Below, piece after piece: positions 36,882-45,293 of a stretch of DNA of 64,000 nucleotides. Position numbers and translations under genes: made by a program. This stretch comes from an uncultured Clostridium sp. (GTDB lineage Bacteria; Bacillota; Clostridia; TANB77; CAG-508), in the NCBI GenBank assembly GCA_946500265.1, contig CAMMVE010000005.1:1906-65905 (forward strand), in the 5' to 3' direction. The notes below the pieces were generated by a model. That model saw only the letters and a list, made by a program, of their open reading frames with translations. It was not told where the DNA came from and ran no database searches. Numbering within the stretch: the first letter of the stretch is position 1; each line of letters opens with the position of its first letter.

Positions 36882-36999
36882 AAAATGAGAAAAACATTTT
36901 TTTAACTTTACTTTAAAAAATAAAAGCTTGAAAAGGCTTTTATTTTTTTGTTAAAAGGTGTATAATATTATCATGTTAACAAGAAAGGAAATTTAAATA

Positions 37000-37674
37000 G
37001 TGAACTTAGAGAAATTAGAAAAAAGTATAGGTTATACTTTTAAAGATAAAAGATTATTAAGGCAAGCTTTAACTCATACATCATATGCCTATGAAAACAA
37101 GGTAGAGAGCAATGAAAAGCTTGAATTTTTAGGAGATAGCATTTTAGAGTTTATTTCTAGTAAGTATATTTATAATAATTATAAAAAACTTAAAGAAGGT
37201 GAAATGACTAAAGTTAGAGCTGAGGTTGTATGTGAGGATAGCTTATATAAAGTGGCTAAAAAGCATAATTTTAGTGATTTTATTTTAATAGGAAAAAGTG
37301 AGTCTGGAACCAAAGGCAATTTTAAGCCAGCAATTTTGGCTGATAGCATTGAAGCGACTATTGCTGCTATATATTTTGATGGAGGATTAACTGAAGCCGA
37401 GAAATTTATAGTTAATAATTTAAAAGAAGCAATAGAAAACTCTACAAAGCATGTTGGAATGAAAGATTTTAAAACTGTACTTCAAGAAAAATTGCAGGAA
37501 AATGGAGATGTACACATTAAATATACTGTAATAAAAGAAACTGGACCAGACCATGATAAAGTATTTACTGTAAAAGTTGAAGTGGATGGAAAGATGCTTG
37601 CAACAGGAGAGGGAAAAACAAAGAAACATGCTGAAATGGATGCGGCAAGTAAGGCTTTATTACTATTAGTTTAA
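37000..37674 (+). CDS. rnc: Ribonuclease III
   Basis: It contains the signature NEKLEFLGDSILEF and a C-terminal dsRBD. The start is GTG. Confidence 0.9.
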   Translation: MNLEKLEKSIGYTFKDKRLLRQALTHTSYAYENKVESNEKLEFLGDSILEFISSKYIYNNYKKLKEGEMTKVRAEVVCEDSLYKVAKKHNFSDFILIGKSESGTKGNFKPAILADSIEATIAAIYFDGGLTEAEKFIVNNLKEAIENSTKHVGMKDFKTVLQEKLQENGDVHIKYTVIKETGPDHDKVFTVKVEVDGKMLATGEGKTKKHAEMDAASKALLLLV

Positions 37675-37735
37675 TGATGGCTAAAAGTATATTATAAAAA
37701 TATTTAAGTTTAGCGAAAAGGAGAGTGACTTATAT

Positions 37736-38776
37736 ATGAAAAAAGAATACATTATACCGATTTTTGTTCCACATCTGGGTTGCCCAAATAATTGCACATT
37801 TTGCAACCAAAAAAGAATAAGTGGACAAACTAAAATGGTTACAGCACAAGATGTTAAAGATACTATTGATTTTTTCCTAAAGCATTTTAGAGATGATTAT
37901 AAATATGTAGAAGTTGCTTTCTTCGGTGGGAGTTTTACTGCAATAGATGAGAAAACTCAAGTAGAACTTTTAGAGGCTGTTCAAGAGTATATTCAAAATA
38001 AAAAAGTTAATAGCATTAGGATTTCTACGAGACCTGACTGTATTGACAAAGAAATTTTGAAAAGAATGAAAAAGTATCATGTAAAAACAATTGAGCTTGG
38101 AGTTCAGTCTACCAATAATTATATTTTAAAAAGATGCAAAAGGGGTCATACATATGAAGATACAAAAAAAGCTTCTAAGCTAATTAGAAGATATGGCTTT
38201 ATACTAGGGCATCAAATGATGGTAGGACTTCCAGAAAGTACAAAACAAGATGAAATTAACACAGCTAAGGAACTTATAAGGCTTAAACCTAAAATTGTAA
38301 GAATCTATCCAGTATTAGTTATAAAAGATACTGAGCTTGCAGATGAATACGAAAGAGGAGATTATACTCCATTAACAGTAGGACAAGCAGTAGAAAGATG
38401 CAAAGATATAGTAGATTTATTTAATCGAAATAAAATAAATGTAATAAGAGTTGGATTACAAAACACAGAAGAAATTACGGATCCAGGAACTGAAAAGAGT
38501 AGTGTTATAGCAGGTCCATATCATCCTGCATTTAGACAATTAGTTGAATCTAGTATGTGGTATGATAGTATTGTAAACAAGATAAAAAAGGTTAATGCTA
38601 AAGTAAAAAAAGTAAAAATTATTGCGAACGATGTTAATGTAAATAATATAATTGGACATAAAAAAGAAAACATTGAAAAGTTAAAAGATGTATATGACGT
38701 CGAAGTAGTAATAGAAAAAAGTGAAGAGATAAAACCTGGTAAATTTAAAATAGAAATAGTGGAATCATATGAATAG
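37736..38776 (+). CDS. Radical SAM protein (ELP3-like Fe-S oxidoreductase commonly found next to rnc in clostridia)
   Basis: It has the CPNNCTFC (CxxxCxxC) motif near the N-terminus, then FFGGSFT. Confidence 0.7.
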   Translation: MKKEYIIPIFVPHLGCPNNCTFCNQKRISGQTKMVTAQDVKDTIDFFLKHFRDDYKYVEVAFFGGSFTAIDEKTQVELLEAVQEYIQNKKVNSIRISTRPDCIDKEILKRMKKYHVKTIELGVQSTNNYILKRCKRGHTYEDTKKASKLIRRYGFILGHQMMVGLPESTKQDEINTAKELIRLKPKIVRIYPVLVIKDTELADEYERGDYTPLTVGQAVERCKDIVDLFNRNKINVIRVGLQNTEEITDPGTEKSSVIAGPYHPAFRQLVESSMWYDSIVNKIKKVNAKVKKVKIIANDVNVNNIIGHKKENIEKLKDVYDVEVVIEKSEEIKPGKFKIEIVESYE

Positions 38777-38819
38777 TGAAACAATGGGGATAGATTTGAA
38801 TCTGTCCCCATTGTTTCAC
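38776..38819. repeat. Family A repeat (GGGGATAGATTTGAATCTGTCCCC core), overlapping the stop codon of the radical SAM gene
   Basis: I read it directly. Confidence 0.9.
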
Positions 38820-38880
38820 TAATTAAATTATTTAGATAAAAAGATTTAAAATATAAAACAGAAATTTAAAGCAATTGTAT

Positions 38881-38930
38881 AAAACTACCTAATGTTGGAA
38901 ATAATAACAACAGTAGGTAGTTTTATTTTA
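38881..38930 (+). terminator. Rho-independent terminator (long stem AAAACTACCTA...TAGGTAGTTTT plus T-run)
   Basis: I read it directly. Confidence 0.65.
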
Positions 38931-39046
38931 TATGCGATAGATTAAAAGAAGAAATTTATCCATCTAAATTAAAAACATAAATTTAAAAGAAAGAGATAAC
39001 TTAAGTATAATAAAAATTACTGATTAATGTACAAGGAGAAAGGGAT

Positions 39047-39919
39047 TTGTCTTTTATGGGAATAAAAAAAGCCAAAAGAAAGCTTTTGGCAATGAAAATA
39101 CTCAAAGAAGGAATATATATTATTATTGGTTGTGCTTTAATGGCATCTGGCACATCATTATTTTTGTTGCCAAATCAACTTTCATCAGGAGGATTTGCAG
39201 GTATTTCAACGATTATTTATTATCTTTTTAGTTTGCCACTTGGAACTACAATGCTTATTCTAAATATTCCATTATTCATCATGACAATTATAAGAGTAGG
39301 AAAAGAAACTGCAATAAAAGGCATATTTGGTACAATTTTGTTATCTACTTTTATCGATTTACTAGAAAGGCTAGAACCCTTGACAGAAGATAGATTTTTG
39401 GCATGTATATATGGCGGAATACTTGTGGGATTAGGAACAGCAATAGTATTAAAAGCAAGTGCATCAACCGGAGGAACAGATTTATTAACATATATTATTC
39501 GTTCATATAAACCAACATATAGAGCTAGTAGCTTAATTGTAATAGTAGATACTGCAATTGTATTGCTAAATGTTATATTTTTCAAAGAAATTGAAATCGG
39601 TCTATATTCAGCAATAGCAATTTATTTAAGCGGAAAAATGATAGACATAGTGTTTGAAGGAATATATTTTACGAAAACAATGTTTATTGTATCAAATAAA
39701 TATAAAGAAATTGCACAGGAGATAGGAGAAAAACTAGGAAGAGGCAGTACAGCAATTTATGCGAAAGGAATGTATACAAGAGAAAAGAAAATGATGTTAT
39801 GGTGTGTAGCATCAAGAGGAGAGGTTGCAAGAATAAAGCAAATAGCAGAAGAAATAGACCCTAAGTCTTTCATCGTAATATCTAGTGCGAGGGAAGCGTG
39901 GGGAAAAGGTTTTAGGTAA
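39047..39919 (+). CDS. YitT-family membrane protein (DUF2179 C-terminal domain)
   Basis: It has five or six TM helices with SSGGFAGIS and STGGTD motifs, plus a C-terminal soluble domain. Confidence 0.75.
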   Translation: MSFMGIKKAKRKLLAMKILKEGIYIIIGCALMASGTSLFLLPNQLSSGGFAGISTIIYYLFSLPLGTTMLILNIPLFIMTIIRVGKETAIKGIFGTILLSTFIDLLERLEPLTEDRFLACIYGGILVGLGTAIVLKASASTGGTDLLTYIIRSYKPTYRASSLIVIVDTAIVLLNVIFFKEIEIGLYSAIAIYLSGKMIDIVFEGIYFTKTMFIVSNKYKEIAQEIGEKLGRGSTAIYAKGMYTREKKMMLWCVASRGEVARIKQIAEEIDPKSFIVISSAREAWGKGFR

Positions 39920-40015
39920 AATAATTGACACTAATTTAATAAATTTATATAATATAAGTATGTTAATACTGTTTATTTATCATGCAAAAAAGTTACAAAT
40001 TGAAAGGAAATAGAA

Positions 40016-40885
40016 ATGCAAGAGCAAAAGTATATATTAGAAAATGTAAAATCATTTGAACCAAAGCATATATTTGAATGCGGACAATGTTTTAGATGGG
40101 ATGAAGAGCCTGATGGAAGTTATACTGGAATAGTAAAAGATAATGTAATAAATGTGAAAAAAGTGGATAACACAGTATATTTTACAAGCCTAGGTGCAGA
40201 TAATTTAAAAAACTTAGTAGACGATTATTTTGATTTGGGAAGAGATTATGAAAAAATAAAAGAAACTCTTTCGGAAATCGATGAATATTTGGAAAATAGT
40301 ATAAGATATGGAAACGGAATAAGAATATTAAATCAAGATTTATGGGAAACTATTATATCTTTCATAATTTCAGCAAATAATAATATACCTAGAATAAAGG
40401 GGATTATAAATAGAATTTCTCAAAAATACGGAAATAAAATAGAGTGGAATGGAAAAGAATATTACACCTTCCCAACAGTAGAAAATTTAGCAAAGGCAAC
40501 AGTAGAAGACTTGAGAAATTTAGGTCTGGGATTTAGAGATGTGAGAGTATATGAAACAACTCACAAAATTTTGAATAAAGAAGTAGACTTGGAAAAACTT
40601 CATCAAGAACCAGATACACAGAAAGTAAGAGACACACTTTTAACATTATCTGGAGTAGGACCTAAAGTTGCAGACTGTATATTATTATTCTCAACATTAA
40701 AAAGATTTGATGTGTTTCCAATAGATGTGTGGGTTAGACGTGTGATGAATGAGTTATACATAAAAAATGAAGACGAGACAAAAGTAAATAAAAGGGAAAT
40801 TGAAAAACTTGCAAAAGAAAAATATGGGGATTTAGAAGGACTAGCACAGCAATACTTATTCTATTGGAAAAGAGATACTGCATAA
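40016..40885 (+). CDS. ogg: 8-oxoguanine DNA glycosylase / HhH-GPD family (clostridial Ogg type)
   Basis: It has an N-terminal FECGQCFRW motif, an HhH region LSGVGPKVADCILLF and the catalytic D in FPIDVW. Confidence 0.7.
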   Translation: MQEQKYILENVKSFEPKHIFECGQCFRWDEEPDGSYTGIVKDNVINVKKVDNTVYFTSLGADNLKNLVDDYFDLGRDYEKIKETLSEIDEYLENSIRYGNGIRILNQDLWETIISFIISANNNIPRIKGIINRISQKYGNKIEWNGKEYYTFPTVENLAKATVEDLRNLGLGFRDVRVYETTHKILNKEVDLEKLHQEPDTQKVRDTLLTLSGVGPKVADCILLFSTLKRFDVFPIDVWVRRVMNELYIKNEDETKVNKREIEKLAKEKYGDLEGLAQQYLFYWKRDTA

Positions 40886-41044
40886 TGTCGGTTTGGGGAC
40901 AGGTCCGGAGGCGACAAAATGTCGCCTCTGGGACAGGTCTCCAGGCGACTTGAAAATATAGTATGGCAATATATAAAATAGAGTAAACCTATGTGCTAGT
41001 GAAGCTATATGGCGCACTGTCGCCGTGAGACCTGTCCCAAAAGT
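40886..41044. repeat. Family B composite element: two forward units, an AT-rich core with an outward promoter, and one inverted unit
   Basis: The units lie at 40886-40916, 40920-40949 and, inverted, 41018-41044. It starts directly after the ogg stop codon and ends at the RBS of the DUF2207 gene. The core is about 85% identical to the core of the 45081-45279 copy by eye. Confidence 0.85.
40950..40979 (+). promoter_or_regulatory. Candidate promoter inside the family B element (TTGAAA-16/18-TATAAA/TAAAAT)
   Basis: TTGAAA lies at 40950-40955 and TAAAAT at 40974-40979. It reads toward the DUF2207 gene. Confidence 0.45.
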
Positions 41045-41060
41045 AGAAAAGGAGTAACAT

Positions 41061-43217
41061 ATGAAAATTATTAAAAAGTTTTTTTATACATTATTATTTG
41101 TAATAGTTTTTTTGATTTTAATGCAAATTAGCACGCAAGCAAGAAGCTATAGCATAGAAGAAATGAACATTCAAGCAACTGTGCTTGATAATGGCGATGT
41201 TAATATAAAACAGAGCATTACATATGATTTCAATGACGTTTATAATGGAATTTATATAAACATCCCTTATGTTATTGAAGATAAAGAATATGATGATGTT
41301 ATAGAGAACAGTAAAATTAGAGATAGTTTATATACCGGTTCTGGAATTACTATTAATTCTATTACTGATAGCCAAGATATAAAATATGAACAGGCTAGCT
41401 ATGCTTCTAATGGTACGTCTGGTAAATATACAGTTAGTAAAGAAGCTGGAATTGAAAATATAAAAGTTTATTCTCCATCTACAAATATAACTAAGACTTT
41501 TATTTTAGATTATGATATTACTAATCTATGTGTTAAACATAATGATATAGGAGAACTTTATTATAATTGTATTGGTGGAGAATGGGATGTTGATATTAAT
41601 AATTTAAATATTGATGTTTATTTACCAAACAATAAAGAAGAAATATATATTTGGGGACATGGACCTTTGAATGGCGTTTCGAAAATCATTGGCAATACCC
41701 ATGCTAATTTTAGTGTTGATAAAGTACGCAAAGGTCAATATGTAGCAGCAAGAGTCTTATTTGATAAAAGTAATATAGAAAATTCTAATAAATTGTCAAG
41801 AATAGATGCTAGGGATATGATTTTTTCAGATGAGAAAGTAATTGCAAAAAATCAAGACGAGAAAAATAAATTTACGCAACGAATGATTTTATTTGCGATA
41901 GTACTTGTTATATATTGGATAATTTTATTATTAACTTTTGAAAAAGAGAAAAAAGTAGAAGTATATGAATTGAATGAAGAAGAACTTTTCAAAAAATATA
42001 ATCCAATGCTTGCAGGGTGTATTCAAGGTAATAGAGAAATTTTAGCAAGAGATATAATTGCCATAATTTTAAATTTAATAGATAAAAAATGTATTAACCT
42101 AGAAATAACTTCATTCACAGATAATAAAGGTGAACAATATGATTGCAGGATAAGCCCAAATAATGAAAACGAAGAGAATATGGATGAAATAGAAAGATTT
42201 GTTTATGATTGGGTTTTTGCTAATCAATCAGATAGAGTTGAGCTAGGAAGAAGGTTAGAAACTCTTGCAAAAGACCAAAACGCAAATACAAAATTTAAGC
42301 ATTTAGATAAGTTAGTAAAAAGTAAATTGAATGAAATAGGAGCAAATCAGCCAAAAGTTCCTAAGATTTTGAGAATATTAAATGTTGGTCTTTTAATTGC
42401 AGTAATTGTATTTGTTGTAAAACATATTATGTTTAACGGATTTGATGCAAACTTGCCTGGACTAGCTATTTTGCAAATGATAGCAGTAAGTAGTCTAAGA
42501 TTATGGCCATTAGTAATATTGTTGGGCTTTATACCAATAAGTTTAATAGTTACAATTCGACACAGAGTAAACAATATATTACAAAAGATAACAGGACAAA
42601 AATCAGTAATTACTGCAATAAGTATAATACTTATATTTGCTGTAATAATTATTTTAACAGCAGCATTTTCACCAGTAAAGTATATAATTGTTGATGAAAT
42701 ACTAATTTGTATAGCATTAGTTATAGTTCTGACAGATAACTTGATGTTACAAAATAACGACGAAATTTTAGCGGATTATAAGAAATTAAATTTGCTAAAG
42801 GATAAAATAGAAAACTATACTTTATTAGATGAAAAGGATATTGAGCATATAGAGCTATGGGATAAATATTTATGTTATGCTGTAAGCTTTGGAATTGGCG
42901 AAAAAATAATCAAAAGATTAAAAGGTTTATACATAGATGATGATTTAATGAAACTTGCAGAAAGCAATAAATTTCTAGATTTTGTTGCGTCAGATTATTA
43001 CTGGTTTTATACGTATGCAAGTTTAGATAGAAGATTTGTAAGAAGTTATAGGTCTTTCATTTCCAAATTGGGATCTGGTTCAGGTGGCAGCAGTGGAGGT
43101 TCGTCTTTTGGCGGAGGCGGAGGCTTCTCAGGTGGAGGCGGATTCTCTGGTGGTGGAGGACGCCGGCGGAGGTGGAGGTGCTTTTTAATAGACCTACCCC
43201 CAAAGTATAAAAGATAA
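41061..43217 (+). CDS. DUF2207-family membrane protein with a Gly-rich C-terminus; the C-terminal end is possibly +1 shifted at 43164
   Basis: It has a signal/TM segment, a large extracellular domain, several TM helices and a C-terminal SGGSSFGGGGGFSGGGGFSGGGG. The zero frame ends RRRRWRCFLIDLPPKYKR. The +1 frame ends GGGGGAF-stop at 43186-43188, which is the typical family ending. Confidence 0.65.
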   Translation: MKIIKKFFYTLLFVIVFLILMQISTQARSYSIEEMNIQATVLDNGDVNIKQSITYDFNDVYNGIYINIPYVIEDKEYDDVIENSKIRDSLYTGSGITINSITDSQDIKYEQASYASNGTSGKYTVSKEAGIENIKVYSPSTNITKTFILDYDITNLCVKHNDIGELYYNCIGGEWDVDINNLNIDVYLPNNKEEIYIWGHGPLNGVSKIIGNTHANFSVDKVRKGQYVAARVLFDKSNIENSNKLSRIDARDMIFSDEKVIAKNQDEKNKFTQRMILFAIVLVIYWIILLLTFEKEKKVEVYELNEEELFKKYNPMLAGCIQGNREILARDIIAIILNLIDKKCINLEITSFTDNKGEQYDCRISPNNENEENMDEIERFVYDWVFANQSDRVELGRRLETLAKDQNANTKFKHLDKLVKSKLNEIGANQPKVPKILRILNVGLLIAVIVFVVKHIMFNGFDANLPGLAILQMIAVSSLRLWPLVILLGFIPISLIVTIRHRVNNILQKITGQKSVITAISIILIFAVIIILTAAFSPVKYIIVDEILICIALVIVLTDNLMLQNNDEILADYKKLNLLKDKIENYTLLDEKDIEHIELWDKYLCYAVSFGIGEKIIKRLKGLYIDDDLMKLAESNKFLDFVASDYYWFYTYASLDRRFVRSYRSFISKLGSGSGGSSGGSSFGGGGGFSGGGGFSGGGGRRRRWRCFLIDLPPKYKR

Positions 43218-43228
43218 AGAGGAATAAG

Positions 43229-45079
43229 ATGGAAGCAGAAAAAAAGAAATTAAAAGGCGTAAAAGAAGCAATTATTACAGGAATTATTCCGATAATTTTA
43301 AATATTTTGCTAACATATGGATTTTGCAACACATTATTTTTATATACATTACATATTCCAACTTTGTATTTATCATTTACAATGATGTATTTAATTTATG
43401 TGTTAATTACTGTACTTGTAAAGAAAACACACATAGCGACATACATAATTTCTTTGGTTATATTTGTACTTTCAATAGTGAATAATGTAAAATTCTATTA
43501 CACTGCATCGCCAATTTATCCATCAGATTTATTCTTTTTAGGTAATATTGGAGGAATAACTGGAATTGTAAAAAATGATTTCTTATCACATATAGATTAT
43601 GTGCAAATGGGAATTCTATTAGCATTGCTTATCGGAGCATGCATTTTATCTAAATTAAATAGCATTACAATTAGCAATATAAAAGTTAGGGTAATTACAG
43701 GAGTAAGCGTAATAGTGGTATTATTCATAATGTTTGTGCCAATTAACGCAAAAGATCAATTTATTTTAAATAGTATATATAATGTTGATGAAAGAAAAGA
43801 TTATGAAGCTATTACTACAGATATACAATATTATGCTACATATGGTGTGCTTGGAGGCATTTATGGATTAGAGCTAGAAAATAGAAAAATTGAGCCTAGT
43901 AATTATAATGAAGAACAGGTTATAAGCACACTAGAACAAGCGAATGCTTCTGCAGTAGAAGAAAAAGATTTGCAAAAACCCAATATTATAGTGATGTTTC
44001 AGGAATCATATTGGGACATAGAAAAAATAGATGAAATAGAATTTGATAAGGATATTACAGAAAATTTCAGGAAGTTAAAAGAAACAGAAAACGGAGTAAA
44101 TTTATTGTCAGCATCATATGGTGGAATGTCTAGCAATATTGAGTTTGAATTATTAACGGGTGGAAATTTAGCGTATTTTCCAACAGGCTACCATCCATTT
44201 GCTCAATTATATAGAAAAAACGATTCAGAGGCAAAGCCTTCAATTATAAAAGAACTTAAAAATAATGGATATTCATCTAAAGTGGTCTTCGGAAGGGACT
44301 ATTACCTATCTGAAAATATCTATAAAAAATTAGGAATAGATGAATATATAAATGCTTATTCAGATATGCCTGACTATGAACAAAAAATCAAGGGAACGTA
44401 TATATCTGACGAGGCATTAGTTGATGAGGTAATCGAAGCATTAAAAAACAAAAGTCCAGATGAGAAGATTTTTTATATGACTGCTACTATACAAACACAT
44501 ATGCCATTTGACAAAGATGTATATGATGGATATGATATAAATGTAGAAAGTACTAAATTATCGGAAGAAGATACAGGAATAATTTTATCATATGCACAAG
44601 GAGTATATGATACCAATGTTCAAATACAAAGACTATATGAAGAAATACAAAAAATAGAAGAACCAACAATAATTGTAGTATTAGGAGACCATTTACCATA
44701 TTTGTATAATATCGATGGAGAGGATGTATTGGCAAAACTATCATATTTTAACACTAGCGATGAAAAAGTGGATTTATTAAGAAAATATTCAACAGAGGCA
44801 CTAGTATTATCGAACTATGGCACAAAAATAGATTTTGGCAGTGAGTATATAAGCCCAGATATGTTACTTACAAATATAATAAACCAAATGGATATAGAGA
44901 TATCACCATACTATAAATGGCTATATAACATAAGAAATATTTTGCCAGCACAAAATCAATACATAACATTAGATACAAGCGGAAACATTTATTATGCCAA
45001 TGAAGAAATGACGGACACAATGCAAAAAACTAAAATGTTACGTGAAAATATACAATACTATTTGTTCGAATCAAATTAA
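43229..45079 (+). CDS. LTA synthase / sulfatase-family membrane protein (LtaS-like)
   Basis: It has five N-terminal TM helices and an extracellular sulfatase-like domain (PNIIVMFQESYW..., GDHLPY). Confidence 0.7.
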   Translation: MEAEKKKLKGVKEAIITGIIPIILNILLTYGFCNTLFLYTLHIPTLYLSFTMMYLIYVLITVLVKKTHIATYIISLVIFVLSIVNNVKFYYTASPIYPSDLFFLGNIGGITGIVKNDFLSHIDYVQMGILLALLIGACILSKLNSITISNIKVRVITGVSVIVVLFIMFVPINAKDQFILNSIYNVDERKDYEAITTDIQYYATYGVLGGIYGLELENRKIEPSNYNEEQVISTLEQANASAVEEKDLQKPNIIVMFQESYWDIEKIDEIEFDKDITENFRKLKETENGVNLLSASYGGMSSNIEFELLTGGNLAYFPTGYHPFAQLYRKNDSEAKPSIIKELKNNGYSSKVVFGRDYYLSENIYKKLGIDEYINAYSDMPDYEQKIKGTYISDEALVDEVIEALKNKSPDEKIFYMTATIQTHMPFDKDVYDGYDINVESTKLSEEDTGIILSYAQGVYDTNVQIQRLYEEIQKIEEPTIIVVLGDHLPYLYNIDGEDVLAKLSYFNTSDEKVDLLRKYSTEALVLSNYGTKIDFGSEYISPDMLLTNIINQMDIEISPYYKWLYNIRNILPAQNQYITLDTSGNIYYANEEMTDTMQKTKMLRENIQYYLFESN

Positions 45080-45080
45080 T

Positions 45081-45279
45081 TGTCGTTTTAGGGACAGGTC
45101 TCCGGGCGACAAGCTGTCGCTCAGGGGACAGGCCTGCAAGCGACAATCTGGCATTCAGAGAGACAGGCCTGCAAGCGACATGAAAAATATAATATGCCAA
45201 TATATAAAATGGAGCAAATCTAGGTGCTAGTGAAGCTATATGGCTAACTGTCGCCGTGAGACCTGTCCCTAAAACGACA
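45081..45279. repeat. Family B composite element: three forward units, an AT-rich core with an outward promoter, and one inverted unit
   Basis: The units lie at 45081-45111, 45115-45145, 45149-45180 and, inverted, 45249-45279. It starts 2 nt after the ltaS-like stop and ends at the addB RBS GAAGGAG. Confidence 0.9.
45180..45210 (+). promoter_or_regulatory. Candidate promoter inside the family B element (ATGAAA-19-TAAAAT)
   Basis: It occupies the position homologous to the promoter in the 40886 copy, but its -35 box is weaker. Confidence 0.35.
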
Positions 45280-45293
45280 GAAGGAGTAGAAGT

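Noticed and set aside
33959-36990. Calling the acpP-rnc islet a prophage because of the Ltp-type gene.
   Set aside because: No integrase, structural, lysis or replication genes are present, and the region is only 3 kb. It is better described as a recombination-scrambled accessory islet.
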